From NCBI GenBank assembly GCA_003344405.1, contig NOWV01000151.1, positions 1 through 64,000 on the forward strand: a stretch of DNA of 64,000 nucleotides, in the 5' to 3' direction. The number at the start of each line of letters is the position of its first letter. The stretch's first letter is position 1. The notes beneath the pieces are model-generated. The model had not been told where the DNA came from and ran no database searches. It saw only the letters and a list, made by a program, of their open reading frames with translations. The stretch comes from Trichoplax sp. H2 (taxonomy: Eukaryota). The position numbers and the translations under genes were made by a program. Below are positions 49,076 to 62,403 of this stretch, in pieces.

Positions 49076-52000
49076 TTAAAAGAACTTCTTAGCAGAAGCT
49101 TCCTGCCGTTGCCTATAAGCATTGTAACCAATAACGAGGAAGAGCTGAAGAAGCATTAAAACTGACATCCCGAACATTCCAACGCAACTAACTGTCGGAC
49201 AATCGCCACCTTGTTGGCTCTTGTTCTCCAACTGTAATTATATGGCAGAGCGATAATGCAAATTAGCAATTAAAATTACCTCTTATTCTATTCAAAACTT
49301 TGAGGTACAGCAAAATTTATTCAATAAAAGTAAATTCTATTCACGTCAAACGTTAGCCAAAAGGGCAATTTTGAAAGTCTAGCAATTTACCATAAGTTTA
49401 ATAGCTGCAACCTCCTGCATAACGCTCTGCAGATTATCTATTGCTTCCCCTCCTTGACCTCCATTTTTGCTTCCAACTTTATTATTTATGTTATCTATGG
49501 TTGTTCTAAACAAAATCGTATTTTACGTAAAAGTATAAGAATTAAATGGCTATTAACAATCATGGGATAAACTCGATAGCTATACCGTAATGTGTACCTC
49601 AGATTCTTTACGTCAGTTACAAGATCTTTTTGCATTTGTGATACTGATTGTAAGGCATTTCCCTGATTTGCACCCGAAGAACCTTTCATAATCTCACTGA
49701 AGCCATCAAACTTTTTTTGCAATGTCCTAAAAGCAATATAAAAAAAAATATCGTATTATCATCCAAAAATCAAATACAGCATATCTATAATTTCCGCTAA
49801 CGTTATTCTTGAACCAATTTCGTGATTAGCCGCAAGCAGTTGCATGAAACTGCGTTCCACATGTCCTTGCATCTATTTACAATGTCATTTAGCAAGTAAA
49901 AAATGTCAATAGTATTGCAAAGGCTAGTCTTCAGTTTGCTATGCTCGTATACTTAACAAGCATAATTTGTACCAAAATATCATCCAAACATTTAATCCTA
50001 CCGAATCTTCTTCATCTGTGAATTTCTCCGGATGCTCTTTCTTATATCTATATATAAAATTTGAATTTATGCACTAATTGCATGGATCTATTAACCGTAA
50101 ATGATCGTTACTTCTCTCTGCGTTTTTCGAATTCTTCACTAAATTCCGTGTACTGCTTCTTAGATTTATCACCTTCCACAACATCAGCAGCTTTAGGCGC
50201 TTCCTAATTTAATAGTATCAGCATTAGTAAATTCATAAAAGTTACACTTTCTCATTACTAAATGTAATGCAACAAAAATAGAAGCACATACAGCTTGTGT
50301 CCTCAAAGACCACGTTAAAAAGGATATAATATCATGATCATCTAAAGAATAGGAAGTACAAGGTAATTCGAAAAATGGAAGATATAATTATATTTAAAAC
50401 AAATTATAGCCTAAAACTACAGTATAATTGTTATAGTAAAGTATAAATAATTATAGCAGACTTAACGTTACCTGCTAATCCACCAGTTGCTGCTGACGCA
50501 CCAAAATAACCATTAGGTGCGATATCAACATTATCAACTTTAAAACACACCTCCAAATCATTGTCTTCATCGCTTAATCCGTTGTTGATTAGTAACTATT
50601 CAGAGGGTCCAGTTGAAGAAATTGTTAAATTAAAACTATAAACTGACATATACATGTAACTCACCGAAAGAGTTGATTTTTCATATCTAATAATAGTTTT
50701 AATCGGAAAAGGTCGATTTCGATAATCTCTCATACAACCACCTATTGCTTGTGAAGACCCATCACTATTTGAAAGATAAAAGAATTATTGCCTTAAACAC
50801 TTTATTACTATATAATTTTCTAAACAAGCATTAATTTCACTCGGTTATGCTACAGGTAGTAATCACAATCGTAACAATTATCACACTATCGATCGTAATA
50901 GAAATTAGGTCCAAGTCTTGTACCTGGCATGATCAAAAGATTTTGTCCCATCATTCACGACAGCCATGATATACGGATTATTATGCTAATGAAAATGTAC
51001 AGTGTTAATCTTATATCGGCTGAATATCATCAAAGCTATAGAAAATTCTGTAATAGTTTATAGTAATTATCCATGCAGCAAAAAATTTTAAAGTTTGCCA
51101 ACTAGTTATCGAACTATAGGATAACTTTTAAATTAATTCCAGTCATTCCATCTAACCTGTCCATCGTTATCAAATGAATCGAAAAATATACCAAGTCCTT
51201 TCCATTTATCTTCACTTCCGAATACGGACCCTACATTGCCTGGTTTTTCTGTAAACCACAGAGCCTGAAAATTTAACAGAATACAAGCATTTCACTCATG
51301 ATCAGCACAATAAGGTTATAATGAAATCTACAGTATATAACCACATTAATAACTACTTCCCGAACAAGTAGTAAACGAAAAGATAAAGGTTAGCTACGGT
51401 AAGGTGTACATCAGTACCCCTAAACCTATAATATAGCAGCATATAATACTGCGAGGTATATTGATATATATACGTGTAAACCTATAGATAACTGAAGATT
51501 TGCCTTCCGTCGGTAACACATAGTTGTGCACCACACTGATACCTCATTAGAATACAATTCGTACGCAATGTTCAAGTAATATACGTATATAATTTATTTC
51601 TTGAGTGATGCAGTTACTTTGTAGCACTACAGCAATACGATTTAGATGAAGGGTACTATATTCCGGTTAAAAACGATAAAGTAACCCAGTAACGATCAAT
51701 TTGATATTATAAATATTCAAAAATTATCCATACAATATTCCGTAGGCAATCAATTTTATGCGTCTTTCATTATGATGGTACTGTAACAACTTCAATTTAA
51801 TAACATACCAGACCATCAGCACCAACGCGACCACGTCCAGTAATTCTGAAGTTTACTTGTACTTCCCAAGATTTCGAAGAAAAGGCGTTTTTGGTCCATA
51901 CAACTCCTATAAAATACATATCATCACAATAATAAGTAGCTAATTGACCAAACATCGTGGTGGCATGCTGTGATGCAAGTATCATCGAGGTACGACACTG

Positions 52001-53654
52001 ACATAGGATCTGAACATATTTGTACTGTGGCGGATCAAAAATTCAAGTAGAAGTGATAAGAAGTCCATGAAAGCTACAAGTACCTCTTTTACTACGAATT
52101 GAGGGAACCAATCTTAACTGTTCTTTACTCGGTATGGCATCTGATAAAGGAATGGAAGAAATTTGTCAAAATATTATTCATTTTTCAATAGCTAAGACAA
52201 CAGGACTTACAGGCTATCTGAATAAAACAATTTCAAAATAATAACAATTAATAATTATAATTATCATAAACTGGAGTGCGGTACTGTCTTTAGAAAGGTA
52301 TTTTTTATCGAGATCTTGTGTAGGCTATGTCCATGATGGACAATGTTCGATCCATACACCATAGAAAAGCCTGGATTGTAGCTTACGTATTTTAAAGGTA
52401 AGTATGTGAGAAATCATCTACTTTATCATAACCTAATCTATACACTATAAAATCATTGTGGCCGAATCTTGTTTTCCCTATACAGTACAGCAGGTAGTCT
52501 AATCGTAAGATAGAATCTAATTGATTGTAACAAGGAAACGTAGAGTCAGCAGCAAATCTGTTGAAATTAATTGTCTTGAACTATTTACTACAGTATTACG
52601 GTCTTTGGGCATAATTAATGTATCTTTGGAACTGACTTGAAATAATTACTGACAAATTCTTCGAGAATCTAAATCTTATAAGAACCATATTAAATAACTA
52701 TTTTCACTGATCCTTCTTTGTCCTTATTTTCCATACAAGGATTTAACTGGCGCACGGCTGCTATCACGGCGTCTACGGTTCACGACTGTATGCGTTAGGT
52801 ACTAACATTTTGTTACAGACCTATACAGTACAAAACAGTATTGTCCCTTGAGCTCATGAGTTAAATCATAGTTAATAAACCATGGTTTACGATAGTTTAC
52901 GGTAGACTTTAGTATGATGCCTACTGTGCGTCGCGGACTTGTATTTCTATAACTAAAAATGTCTGGCAAGTTCTTAAGCCATCAATTACTAAATCCCATG
53001 TAGAGTTATTTATTTATACCGATATCATCTTATCAAATCAACTCGATAGTTCGTTATTAACGCGTTACACTAACAAATGAGAATGCCGATACACTGTACT
53101 GTACATTGTACAAGTGTACAAGTACCAGTAGTGTACTGAATGTTCACATGGATATCATTACACTGCATGCACTAGACTAAGCGAGGACTATGATAGTCTT
53201 GCCAAGATGAAAAACGCTACCAATCGTCTAAATTTACATAAAGATTTCAATTCGATTTGCTCTAGTAAATTAGGGCAACGTAAGCCAATTTTAGATATTT
53301 TGTTGTAAACCATTTCTACTAATAGTACATGTGTTCCAATTCTTGTACAAATGCCTTAAAGTATAACTTGTGTAGCGAACGTCAGTCTGTTAACGCGTAA
53401 CATTACTGTAGAGTAGCCTTACAGTTCTGATTAAAGAATAGGTTTACCAATTCGATATCAATTTCTATATTCTCATACATACCTCCGGAGAAAGACCAGA
53501 ATGGAATTAATCCTTTAGGAGTGATTAAATTCGGTCCTTTAAAGCTATATTTATACTCGAATCGCTTAATTTGAAATTCGGCTACACTAACGTGAATCAA
53601 GAAAGCTGAAACTACGATAATTGATAGAAGTAACTTATGATTTATATCAATCAT
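49076..53654 (-). CDS. LMAN1: ERGIC-53 / L-type lectin, 14 exons: 53483-53654, 52084-52140, 51809-51906, 51157-51264, 50924-50985, 50665-50764, 50472-50595, 50292-50341, 50112-50203, 50002-50047, 49802-49872, 49598-49726, 49391-49505, 49076-49231
   Basis: Signal peptide, RFEYKYSFKGP, GRVGADGLALW, FFDSFDND, SAATGGLADDHD, stalk, TM segment and C-terminal KKFF. Confidence 0.96.
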
Positions 53655-53784
53655 TTTTGTGACCAATATTTCATACGAATACAATGCTTCTTTTCTTTGG
53701 CTGAAACTAACTCTAATATACGCTATTAAGACTTAAAATGAAATAGGATCAAAGAAGGCAACAGCTCAATTAATAGTATCCAAC

Positions 53785-54395
53785 TAAAGTACAGTATACT
53801 ACGGATTACTGCTGCACTATGTGCAACTACACCAGCTAAATGATTAGAACTCTGGGTTATTCAATGAAATTATTGAAATAATGGATATTGTTTGACTGGT
53901 TTTGTTTTTTGTCATGTATCGTACAGTAGCGTACCTTTGGAAAGGGATAGTACAGAACTCTACAGTACGGCTGTTGTTACTTGTACTACTGTACACTGTA
54001 CAGTATACCAGTGTTGCATGTACGGTACTGTACAATACTTTCCACTCTGTACTACAGTTTACAGTACAGTAGCACATTGTGCAGTTTGCACTTGACGCTT
54101 GAGTGTTGGTTGATTCCTGTGTCACTATGAAGTATGAACAGTGCACTGTACACTGAACTGTTATTTTCGATGGCACCCCTTCGCTTGTATTCCGTTGAGA
54201 TTCCTGTATAATAATATTTATATACTGTATACCCGTAGAAGGATATGTCCACATTAGGCTACAACTGCATATACTGTAGAATTGATCTAGTTTGGGCTTG
54301 ATTTAACTTCCACAATTACAGTACAGTATATCTTTTCAGGGTGCCATCGAAACTAATCAGACTCTGTACTGTACAGTGTACAGTACTGTACCGTA
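53785..54395. repeat. TACAG/TACTG pentamer-rich cluster upstream of LMAN1
   Basis: Many tacagta / tactgta / tgtaca units. Confidence 0.85.
54165..54352. mobile_element. MITE-like element with 14-bp perfect terminal inverted repeats
   Basis: tttcgatggcaccc (54165-54178) / gggtgccatcgaaa (54339-54352). An internal segment is shared in inverse orientation with ~43125-43200. Confidence 0.5.
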
Positions 54396-55459
54396 CGAGA
54401 AGTGATGTGGCGAATGGTGATTGGTCCAATCTAGTCGAATCCGTACACGTCTTTTCACTCATTCATACGAATAATATCAACCATTGAAGTTTGTGGTCGT
54501 CTGTGTGTCAAATTCATACAGTATATCAACTTGTCAATATGACCCCCATTTACTCTGCTAAATCACCTAATCTCTTCCCCTGCTCCACTTGAGTTTCAAT
54601 CATGATCCGAATCGAACCTACTGTAAAAGCTCAAAGCCAGCACTTACCATCTACACCAAATATAAATTGTAGAAAAATACACAAGTATTTTAACGACTGA
54701 ACCATGGAGGCTTGGACTACCTTTCTGTCGTAAAGCAGTGCTGTAGTTCGTTTTTAGTAGTCCATGACTGTCCTGTCATAAATCAAGTACGCATCCATTT
54801 AAATCAACAATAGGATTGTATCGAGCACTGCTTTACAGTACGTCTGCGAACATTATTGTACTGTGAATCGGTGCTGTGTCCAGGATTCATTGAATCAAAG
54901 TTGCTATCATCTAGCCTGTTTGTGTAAGCGATAATACTAGCCATTGAATCAAAGTTACCATTCAGTATAATTTAGTTAGTTTCTGGACGCCATAATACCA
55001 CGATAAAATTTTTAATTTATAACGGAACAAGATTAGAAGAATAATAACATGTACTGTAAATTAGGGATCAATTCTATTTCACTGGATCCGCTGAATCCGC
55101 AGAGCTTAGTAACAGCCAATGGAATACAATATACAGTACTATAATTGCTTCATTTAGAAAAAAATCAGTCCATTCAGAATCGACTATCTGCTTACTAGTG
55201 TAAAGTGCTGTCATAATGAAGCGTTTGACACAATTTGTTAACCAAAGTAGGCTAAATGTCTGTCCGTCCAAAGGAGTGTCCAATCCAGGTATTTTTTCAA
55301 AGTAAGTGTACAGTACTGTGTACATTGTACAACTTAACATACTCTACTGTACACTGTGTACTGCACATAACCTACAGGACACTCTTTGCTCGTTGCGATA
55401 TAGTGATGATGGACACTTGACACTTTCCAAATGGATTATAGTTTCCAGATATTCAAAGA

Positions 55460-57351
55460 ATGATGGCTGCAGCTTCCGAACTTCGTTTGAAGGTTAGTAC
55501 GGAAAAATGACTTAACAAAATGAAATGTAACCATCTCAATTCCGATCTGATTTATGTAATAAAGTCACTGCAACTTTCTGACAGCAGACTATCCACATTG
55601 CAGAAATACCAGTACACTTCCTTACGAGATCAAATTTGCAAAGAAAGACTTCAGCAGTATACACTATGTTCAATTTATATGCGAGTATGTTATACATTGT
55701 AGTAATTATACAGTACATCACTACGCTCAGTGTTCTGTTGGCGCTTTTTGTATTTCGTGGATGATTTATTGTACATGTACGTTGTACAGCATGGGCAATT
55801 GTTTATGATATGGTCATGGGTTACTACTGCATATTTAGTGATCAATGATTACTGTACTTAGCTGTAAAGCGATGAAATTCCCTTTTGACTAGAGCGCCTC
55901 AAATCCTTCTGCTACCACTGATGCAAAACACTTTATATGTGTGTTTAGTCTTGTTAACACTGACATCACATGAGATATTTTAAGTACTCAAGGATGCATT
56001 CGAAAGATAGTGATTGTATTATACCATTAGGGTTCCCTTGTAATACTTCGTCTACTAAATACCACATCTGTTACAATGATTGAAATTAAAACCTATATTC
56101 ATTTTAATTTTTTCAGGTAGTAGGCCTATATCGGTCACTATATCGCACTAGACAAGAATTATTCCATGGTGATCAAGTAGCACTTACAGGTGAGCAATAA
56201 CGATTTCAATTATTGTACATACTTACTGTACGTGCACGTTCACTATTGTACTCGTATATACTGCAACACACATTAAATCCTTCCTGTACTTGAGCTGTTA
56301 CTTTACCTACAGTAGAGAATACAGTATCGAAATAATATTTTATTTTATTGTCAATAGAACTAATGAAACTGCTAGTACACTCACTATTCTATTTTCAACC
56401 TCTACTACTGCATAGTATAGTATATTTAAAAACTCATCAGGCAATGACTATTTTTGTTCTATCTTTGTTACCTCCCAATTAGTTTCCTTGCAGAAATTGA
56501 GACATGGATTTTTAGAGAACAAAAATGAAGCTGACCTCGAAAAGATTAAAAATGTTAGTAAAAATATAACTTATTCTATATTCTTTCATCATCTGTAGCC
56601 AATTTTTAATTTCTTATATAAGCTGCTTCACAACCAGGTAATAACTAATACATAATTTACAATTATAATTGCTCTCCCTTTCTAAAGGCGATATACGCGT
56701 ATTACAAGTATAAAAGGCAAACTTATATCATCTAAATGACATATAGGATTTGCTAGCAAAGCTTAAATGCTTATCATCGGCAGAAAAAGAATTTAAATAT
56801 AATATATATTCTATTCTATTCATATCTGCATAGCTAATCAAGCTTGGAGAAGAAGTAAATTACTTACTGAAACATAAGACTGTCCAATGTCAACTAAACA
56901 ATACAGGAAACTATGGTAAATTTACTTTAAGTACAATTAGTGTAAATCTAAATTTTGACGAAATATAGCATGCTTCTCATGTACACTATCTTTACGTTGA
57001 AAGCAAAAATTATATCCTTCCATCGTAGGATTGATATTTCCACTGCATTCTGTAAACATAATTGCTTTAAATCTAAAGTTTTGCAATTTAATGCTTGCTT
57101 ACATTTATAATATATCGAAAGTAACCGTAGTCTTTATTACTTTATTTCAAATGCCCAATCTTCATGAATACTGTACATTAGAATTAACGACCACGTTTTA
57201 TTTGATAAATTTTACTACAGTGCCAACTCACAATGTTACAAAGAGAATGAGATAAAATAATATTAATTTCATTATTTCTATTTTAGAAATGAAAATCAGA
57301 AAGGACACGACACTTTTGGATAATGCTGTCTATCCGAATGACAAAAGATGA
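55460..57351 (+). CDS. LYRM7: LYR-motif complex III assembly factor (MZM1-like); exons 55460-55492, 56117-56189, 56483-56553, 56834-56915, 57287-57351
   Basis: Spliced product MMAAASELRLKVVGLYRSLYRTRQELFHGDQVALTVSLQKLRHGFLENKNEADLEKIKNLIKLGEEVNYLLK...; all exon phases are consistent. Confidence 0.9.
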
Positions 57352-57978
57352 TGCTTACAGCTGTTTTTCGGAACGTGATAATTAAACTAACAAAATATTA
57401 TTCATACTATGGGCATGAATTAAGCTGGCATATACAATATAGAAAATGCCGATAAGATCATAATTACTTTAGGTTGCGTGGTGATGTGTTGAAATATTTT
57501 TGTCACGGCTTAACCATAACTGCATGTAATATATTATTACCAATAGTAAATAGTAGGTCGCTAGGTAGAAATGGAACTATAAGTACGGAACTACCGACTA
57601 GTAATAGAATTATGAAGTTATTAACGTCCATTCTACTTTACAAAGCCAATAGTATTGTATACATGATGCCGTAACAACCATGTATGTACAGTATATGTAT
57701 GACTGTATGTATATACGTACGTTGATGTAATAATTACTACGCAAGCTACTATGTTATTTTAGCATGTTATTTATGAAATTATTAAAGCCAAAATCAGGCG
57801 CATTGATAAAAACCAAACGAATGACTGCTATTGATTTATGTACATTGCACAGTCTAAACTTTTATCTACCTTCCTATGCAATCGATTGTTGGTATTTTCA
57901 CTTCGAATATACACATGGCTATGCTATTTACAATGTAGTCGGTGCATAAAGAACACACGAACAATAGCCAAATAGACA

Positions 57979-60599
57979 TTAAACCGACCTCGGAAAATCA
58001 ATTTTGCTAATAGTATCTCGAATTAATCCTAAAAGCTCCGAATGCTGATGAGGACTTTCGAGTATGACTTCATGTAATTTGCTCATATATGCATCAATTG
58101 TATTAATTGATGGAGGGCTATCGATCCCAGGAATTTCAATATTAGTGAAGCAATGTACTAGAGATGACCGTAAATCTTCCAAATGATTTTCCAGTAATAT
58201 ATTATGATTTCTCTGCTGCTCCGCTTCACTTTCTAATTTTTGCAAGGCATCTTTCATTTGTTCGATATGCTTACTCAAGATAGCGTTACGCTCCTCATAG
58301 TCAGCATTAGATTTTCGTAATTGACGTAATTCAACTTCCCGTGCTACATTTTAAAAGCAGAAACTAGATTACAGCTTGAAAATTATAGGTTAACCTTAGC
58401 TGAATATATCTGAGTACCTTTATTCTCGTCTAGGAATTCTTCAGTAAAAATTGGAGTACCAATATTAAGTCCACTGTTATCCTCTCTTTTGTCAGATTGA
58501 TAATTCCCTTCCCTTCGTCCTTGATACTGTTTATAATCATGAAGTGAGAGATTCCCCCAGTTACATTAAACTAAGACAATAAGCTATATGCTAACTCTTA
58601 TATCATGTTTTAGGCAACAAGAATATAATTGATACAGTAAGTTGATAAATAACTTACCGAATGTTCAGAAAGTCCTGGTTCTCTGCTATCACTATCTGTT
58701 GTCAAAAATATTACACATTATTCCAAATATCACTAGGCATAGACTTGCTACTACACAGCTGCAAGCTAAAGCTAACCAACCTCGATGCCTCTTATAGGAA
58801 TTCTTCTTAACAAATGTCTTATAAGTCTCACTTTTTTCATAGTCCTCTAATTCTTTAAGGTATCTCTCTTTATCTTTTTCAGCTTCGTCTAAATACCTCT
58901 GTGCAAATAAGAAAATGATGCGTAATCAAAATATCGCACTAAAATTAAAGACAACAACAAATACAATTTACAAACACACCAAAACATATAAGACATCATA
59001 AAAGATGACCGGTCGGTTTAAGCAGACTAACATGAGCTATTTTATAAAAGCAATAGTAAGACGAACTAGAGTATAATAAGAATTTGCTTAAACCTGTTTT
59101 TCACTTATCGGTAGCGAGCTCCATTTTGTACCAAGTATTTTAGTAATTTCAGAAAATGGCAGATCGGGATTTTCTGCTCTTACTTTTTCACGACTATCAT
59201 TTAGAAATCTGACGTATCCAGTATGTGGAGCCTTAGGTGCATTTGAGTCTTTACTAGAAAATCTCTTACGCTTACGACCTTTCGGCCAACCACCCCGTTT
59301 GACCTTAGCCTGACAAAATATTATCCATCAAACAAGGAGAAACTCTGACCATTTACAATACCATGCATATAAAAGATTACCATTGATTAACTGATATTGT
59401 ACCTTATCATCTGATCGGTCCTCTTGCGAAGAAAGTTGATTATTGTCTAGATGGTTATTACTATCATTATCGTAATGCGAATCTAAGACAAAACGTTAAA
59501 AAGTTCAATTGCAACAACCTTTAGCCTTAAGCAATAGAACAACGTTCCTGTATCTAAATGTTATAAAAGCACACTAAAATGTTCGACAGTATACTTCAAA
59601 TGACAAGCGCTACCAAGTAAACATATCTCGATCGTTAACCTAACATTTCGAACGTGTCCTTTATTCCAGTATCTCTGTATGATGATTACTGTCAGCAACT
59701 ACCTTACAGTAATGATATACAAGTGTGATACTCTAATTCAAAATTTTACGAGAATGATGATACCTTGAATAGTATACGATTCTCCAGGAACCAGCTCTTG
59801 CCCTTCTCGACTCGCAAAATTGATGTTATCGTTATCACCGTTATACCTTAAACTGTGAAAACAGAAGATTTTCAAAAATTACTTTTAAGGTAAATAATGT
59901 CAATTACCAAGGATGCCTGTATACAGTATGAAAGTATAAAAGGAATGGTACAAGGACATTTACTCAACTAGAATAAAATGTCAACTGTAAAAAAAGGCTA
60001 ATCCGTGAAGCATGTCCAGTATATTCCATATATAGAATTTGTAAATCTAGAGTACTAGGGGACATACCCATGTAAATTCTGCCCCTTAGCCACATCTTGC
60101 GTCAAATCAGATATATATTCTAGGCTAGTATTATTGGGTGGAACTTCCTCTGAAAATTATATGATCGTTTGAGTTTGGATTACCCTTACAATATAAAACA
60201 AATTAGGCATGCGAATATTCACTCGTCCGTGCACTAGATTCAATTGCGAATTGTTTCATTGACGACTTTCTAACATGTAATCAGTGTAGAATAAATGCTA
60301 CGCTACAGGCAATTCAGAGTAAAGCATGTCTTATCATTGTTACCGGCAGTACTTCTACTATCGGAATTAGTACCGGTGCTATTGGCACGATTGAATATAG
60401 CAGTAGACGATGTTGCGCTTGCTTCGACATCGGGTAAATTATTTCCGCTTGTAATTATTCTACCGCCTTCATTGGTGGTACTACGACGGATATTATTTAC
60501 TTGTTCCATACCATGAGCACGATCTGTTGGGGTATCACTAGTTGACGTATCACTGGCGATAGAGCCATCTTGAGGTAATAATGGCTTGTTATTTGACAT
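57979..60599 (-). CDS. HMG20: HMG20A/B (iBRAF/BRAF35)-like; exons 60344-60599, 60068-60149, 59764-59852, 59403-59482, 59094-59309, 58781-58898, 58658-58695, 58418-58526, 57979-58343
   Basis: [13 protein letters not shown] box [18 protein letters not shown]...[36 protein letters not shown] coiled coil. Confidence 0.93.
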
Positions 60600-60789
60600 T
60601 GCTAGTCAATGAAGTTATTAGCAAGAGCAGTCAAATAATATCCAAAAATTATTTCCTACAGCTGAAAATATTCAATTCCTTAGGCCAGTGATCGAAAGAG
60701 TCGACGTCGACACTCAAACAAGGCAATCATAACTACCGACTACAGTAGTGACCAGCGCTAAAAGACTGCAATTGCATCCGTTGGCGTCG

Positions 60790-61695
60790 TGCTGTACAGT
60801 GTACAGTACCCTGGACACAGTGTACAGTACTTGGCTTTACTGTACAGTACAAAGAGTGCCCATGTACTGTACACTGTACACTGGTCCTGTGACCATTAAG
60901 ATATCACATGTCCACTGGTCCAGTCCGGTACCGATACTGTACTGGACTGGAACTTAGTTAAACCCGCTTTAGTCTATTACTGTACCAATCATCCAGTACA
61001 GTATGTACACTGTTATACTGTACAATTATTGTACTGTACAGTATAACGCAGCTTAAGCCATATCATGGGTGTGGCGAGCTCTGTATGCTGAATTGCTGAT
61101 TGAGCGTAGCCCTTTACCTTCATTCGATTTGAAGTTATCAAGGACTAACATTCAATTTGAATAGCACATACACGTCAGCAGATCCTTACCACTTTGAGTC
61201 ATTGGCATTTGATGTTTTTTATTTTATTTCTTGGCGTAGTACTATATTTAGTTATTGAATCATCTTTCAAATTTCCAATACAAACCATCAGTCACCAGTA
61301 AACTGTACTGTACAGTGTACAGTATACTGTACTATATACTGTACTGTATATACAGTACAGTACACTACTGAACGTGCGCAGGTCAGCACGTGCACCCACC
61401 GTGAAATTTCCCGGACTGTACAGTACTGTACAGTACAGTACAGTACAGTACAGTACTGTACAGTACAGTCTGTAAGTGTCTAATTGCACCGTACCATACT
61501 GTACTGTACAGTACAGTACAGTACTGTACACTAGAAATACTGTACAGTAGTACAGTACTGTACACTGTACACTGTACAGTACAGTACATCGGGAACTTGT
61601 TACGGATTACTGGAAAGAAGGAAGCCTCTTGACTGTAGTACAGCATATACTGTAGTGCAAGTAGGAAATTCGCAATACAGTACAGTGTACGGTAC
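60790..61695. repeat. (ACAGT)n / TACTG repeat clusters upstream of HMG20 (densest 61415-61590)
   Basis: Tandem cagta x6 and mixed-orientation units. Confidence 0.9.
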
Positions 61696-62231
61696 TCGAT
61701 TTTTTGGATGTAGGAATATCTCTCTGGTCGCATATTGCCAAGCGAATTGTGTAATTGATAAGTACGTCTCTGACAATTTATGGACAGGCAAATTTGCACC
61801 GTCAAAATACAGTAAAAGTATGGGTACAGTCTAGAAGAGAGAGCGAACTATTCTTTATTAGGTCCCTTTTTGTAGGCTGTACTAGACGGTAATCTGCCTT
61901 TAGATTATTAAAAGTACTTCTGTACTCAATAGGAAAGTAGCTACTGTAATATTGACTCCGTTCGTAAGAGTAAGATCTTGACACCGCACTGTTCAATCTG
62001 ATGCAGAAAAATAGCCGCACTATAGTATACGAATACCAAGAACTACACCGATATTAATGTAATCCATTCAATGACCTGTACATATTATATATGCATGCAT
62101 TATAGACTGTAATTACCAGCGTCCTATGTCTACGGACTGGAGCATTGACCAAAATAATTTTAAAATAGTACTACAGACAATGATAGCGTAATCCATCCAA
62201 TGAGCTGTACGTATTATATAATATATATATA

Positions 62232-62318
62232 CTAGTACAAACTCCCGTCGCTTTGCTGACGGTTTACGATAATGTGCTCATTTAACAGATAGTATTACCA
62301 TTTGATAGACCTGTCAGA
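62232..62318 (-). mobile_element. Possible miniature Helitron-like fragment
   Basis: Minus strand reads A|TC...ccgtcagcaaagcgacgg hairpin, ~9 nt, CTAG|T, with a (TA)n flank. Confidence 0.4.
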
Positions 62319-62403
62319 TACGGACTGGAGCATCGACCAAATAATTTTAAAATAGTACTACATAATCCATTATAGCGATATGAAGATTCAATTTTTATTG
62401 CCA

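Noticed and set aside
53844-54254. ORFs rich in Y/S/T/V/C/L (also 55306-55721 and 60748-61805)
   Set aside because: Translation artefacts of ACAGT/TACTG repeats or intronic sequence.
55869-55924. C/D-box snoRNA-like segment in LYRM7 intron 1 (gcgatga...ctga)
   Set aside because: Imperfect C box, short length and no rRNA target recognised; snoScan would be needed.
61415-61590. Possible CRISPR-like array
   Set aside because: Simple pentamer microsatellite with no unique spacers or cas genes; eukaryotic context.
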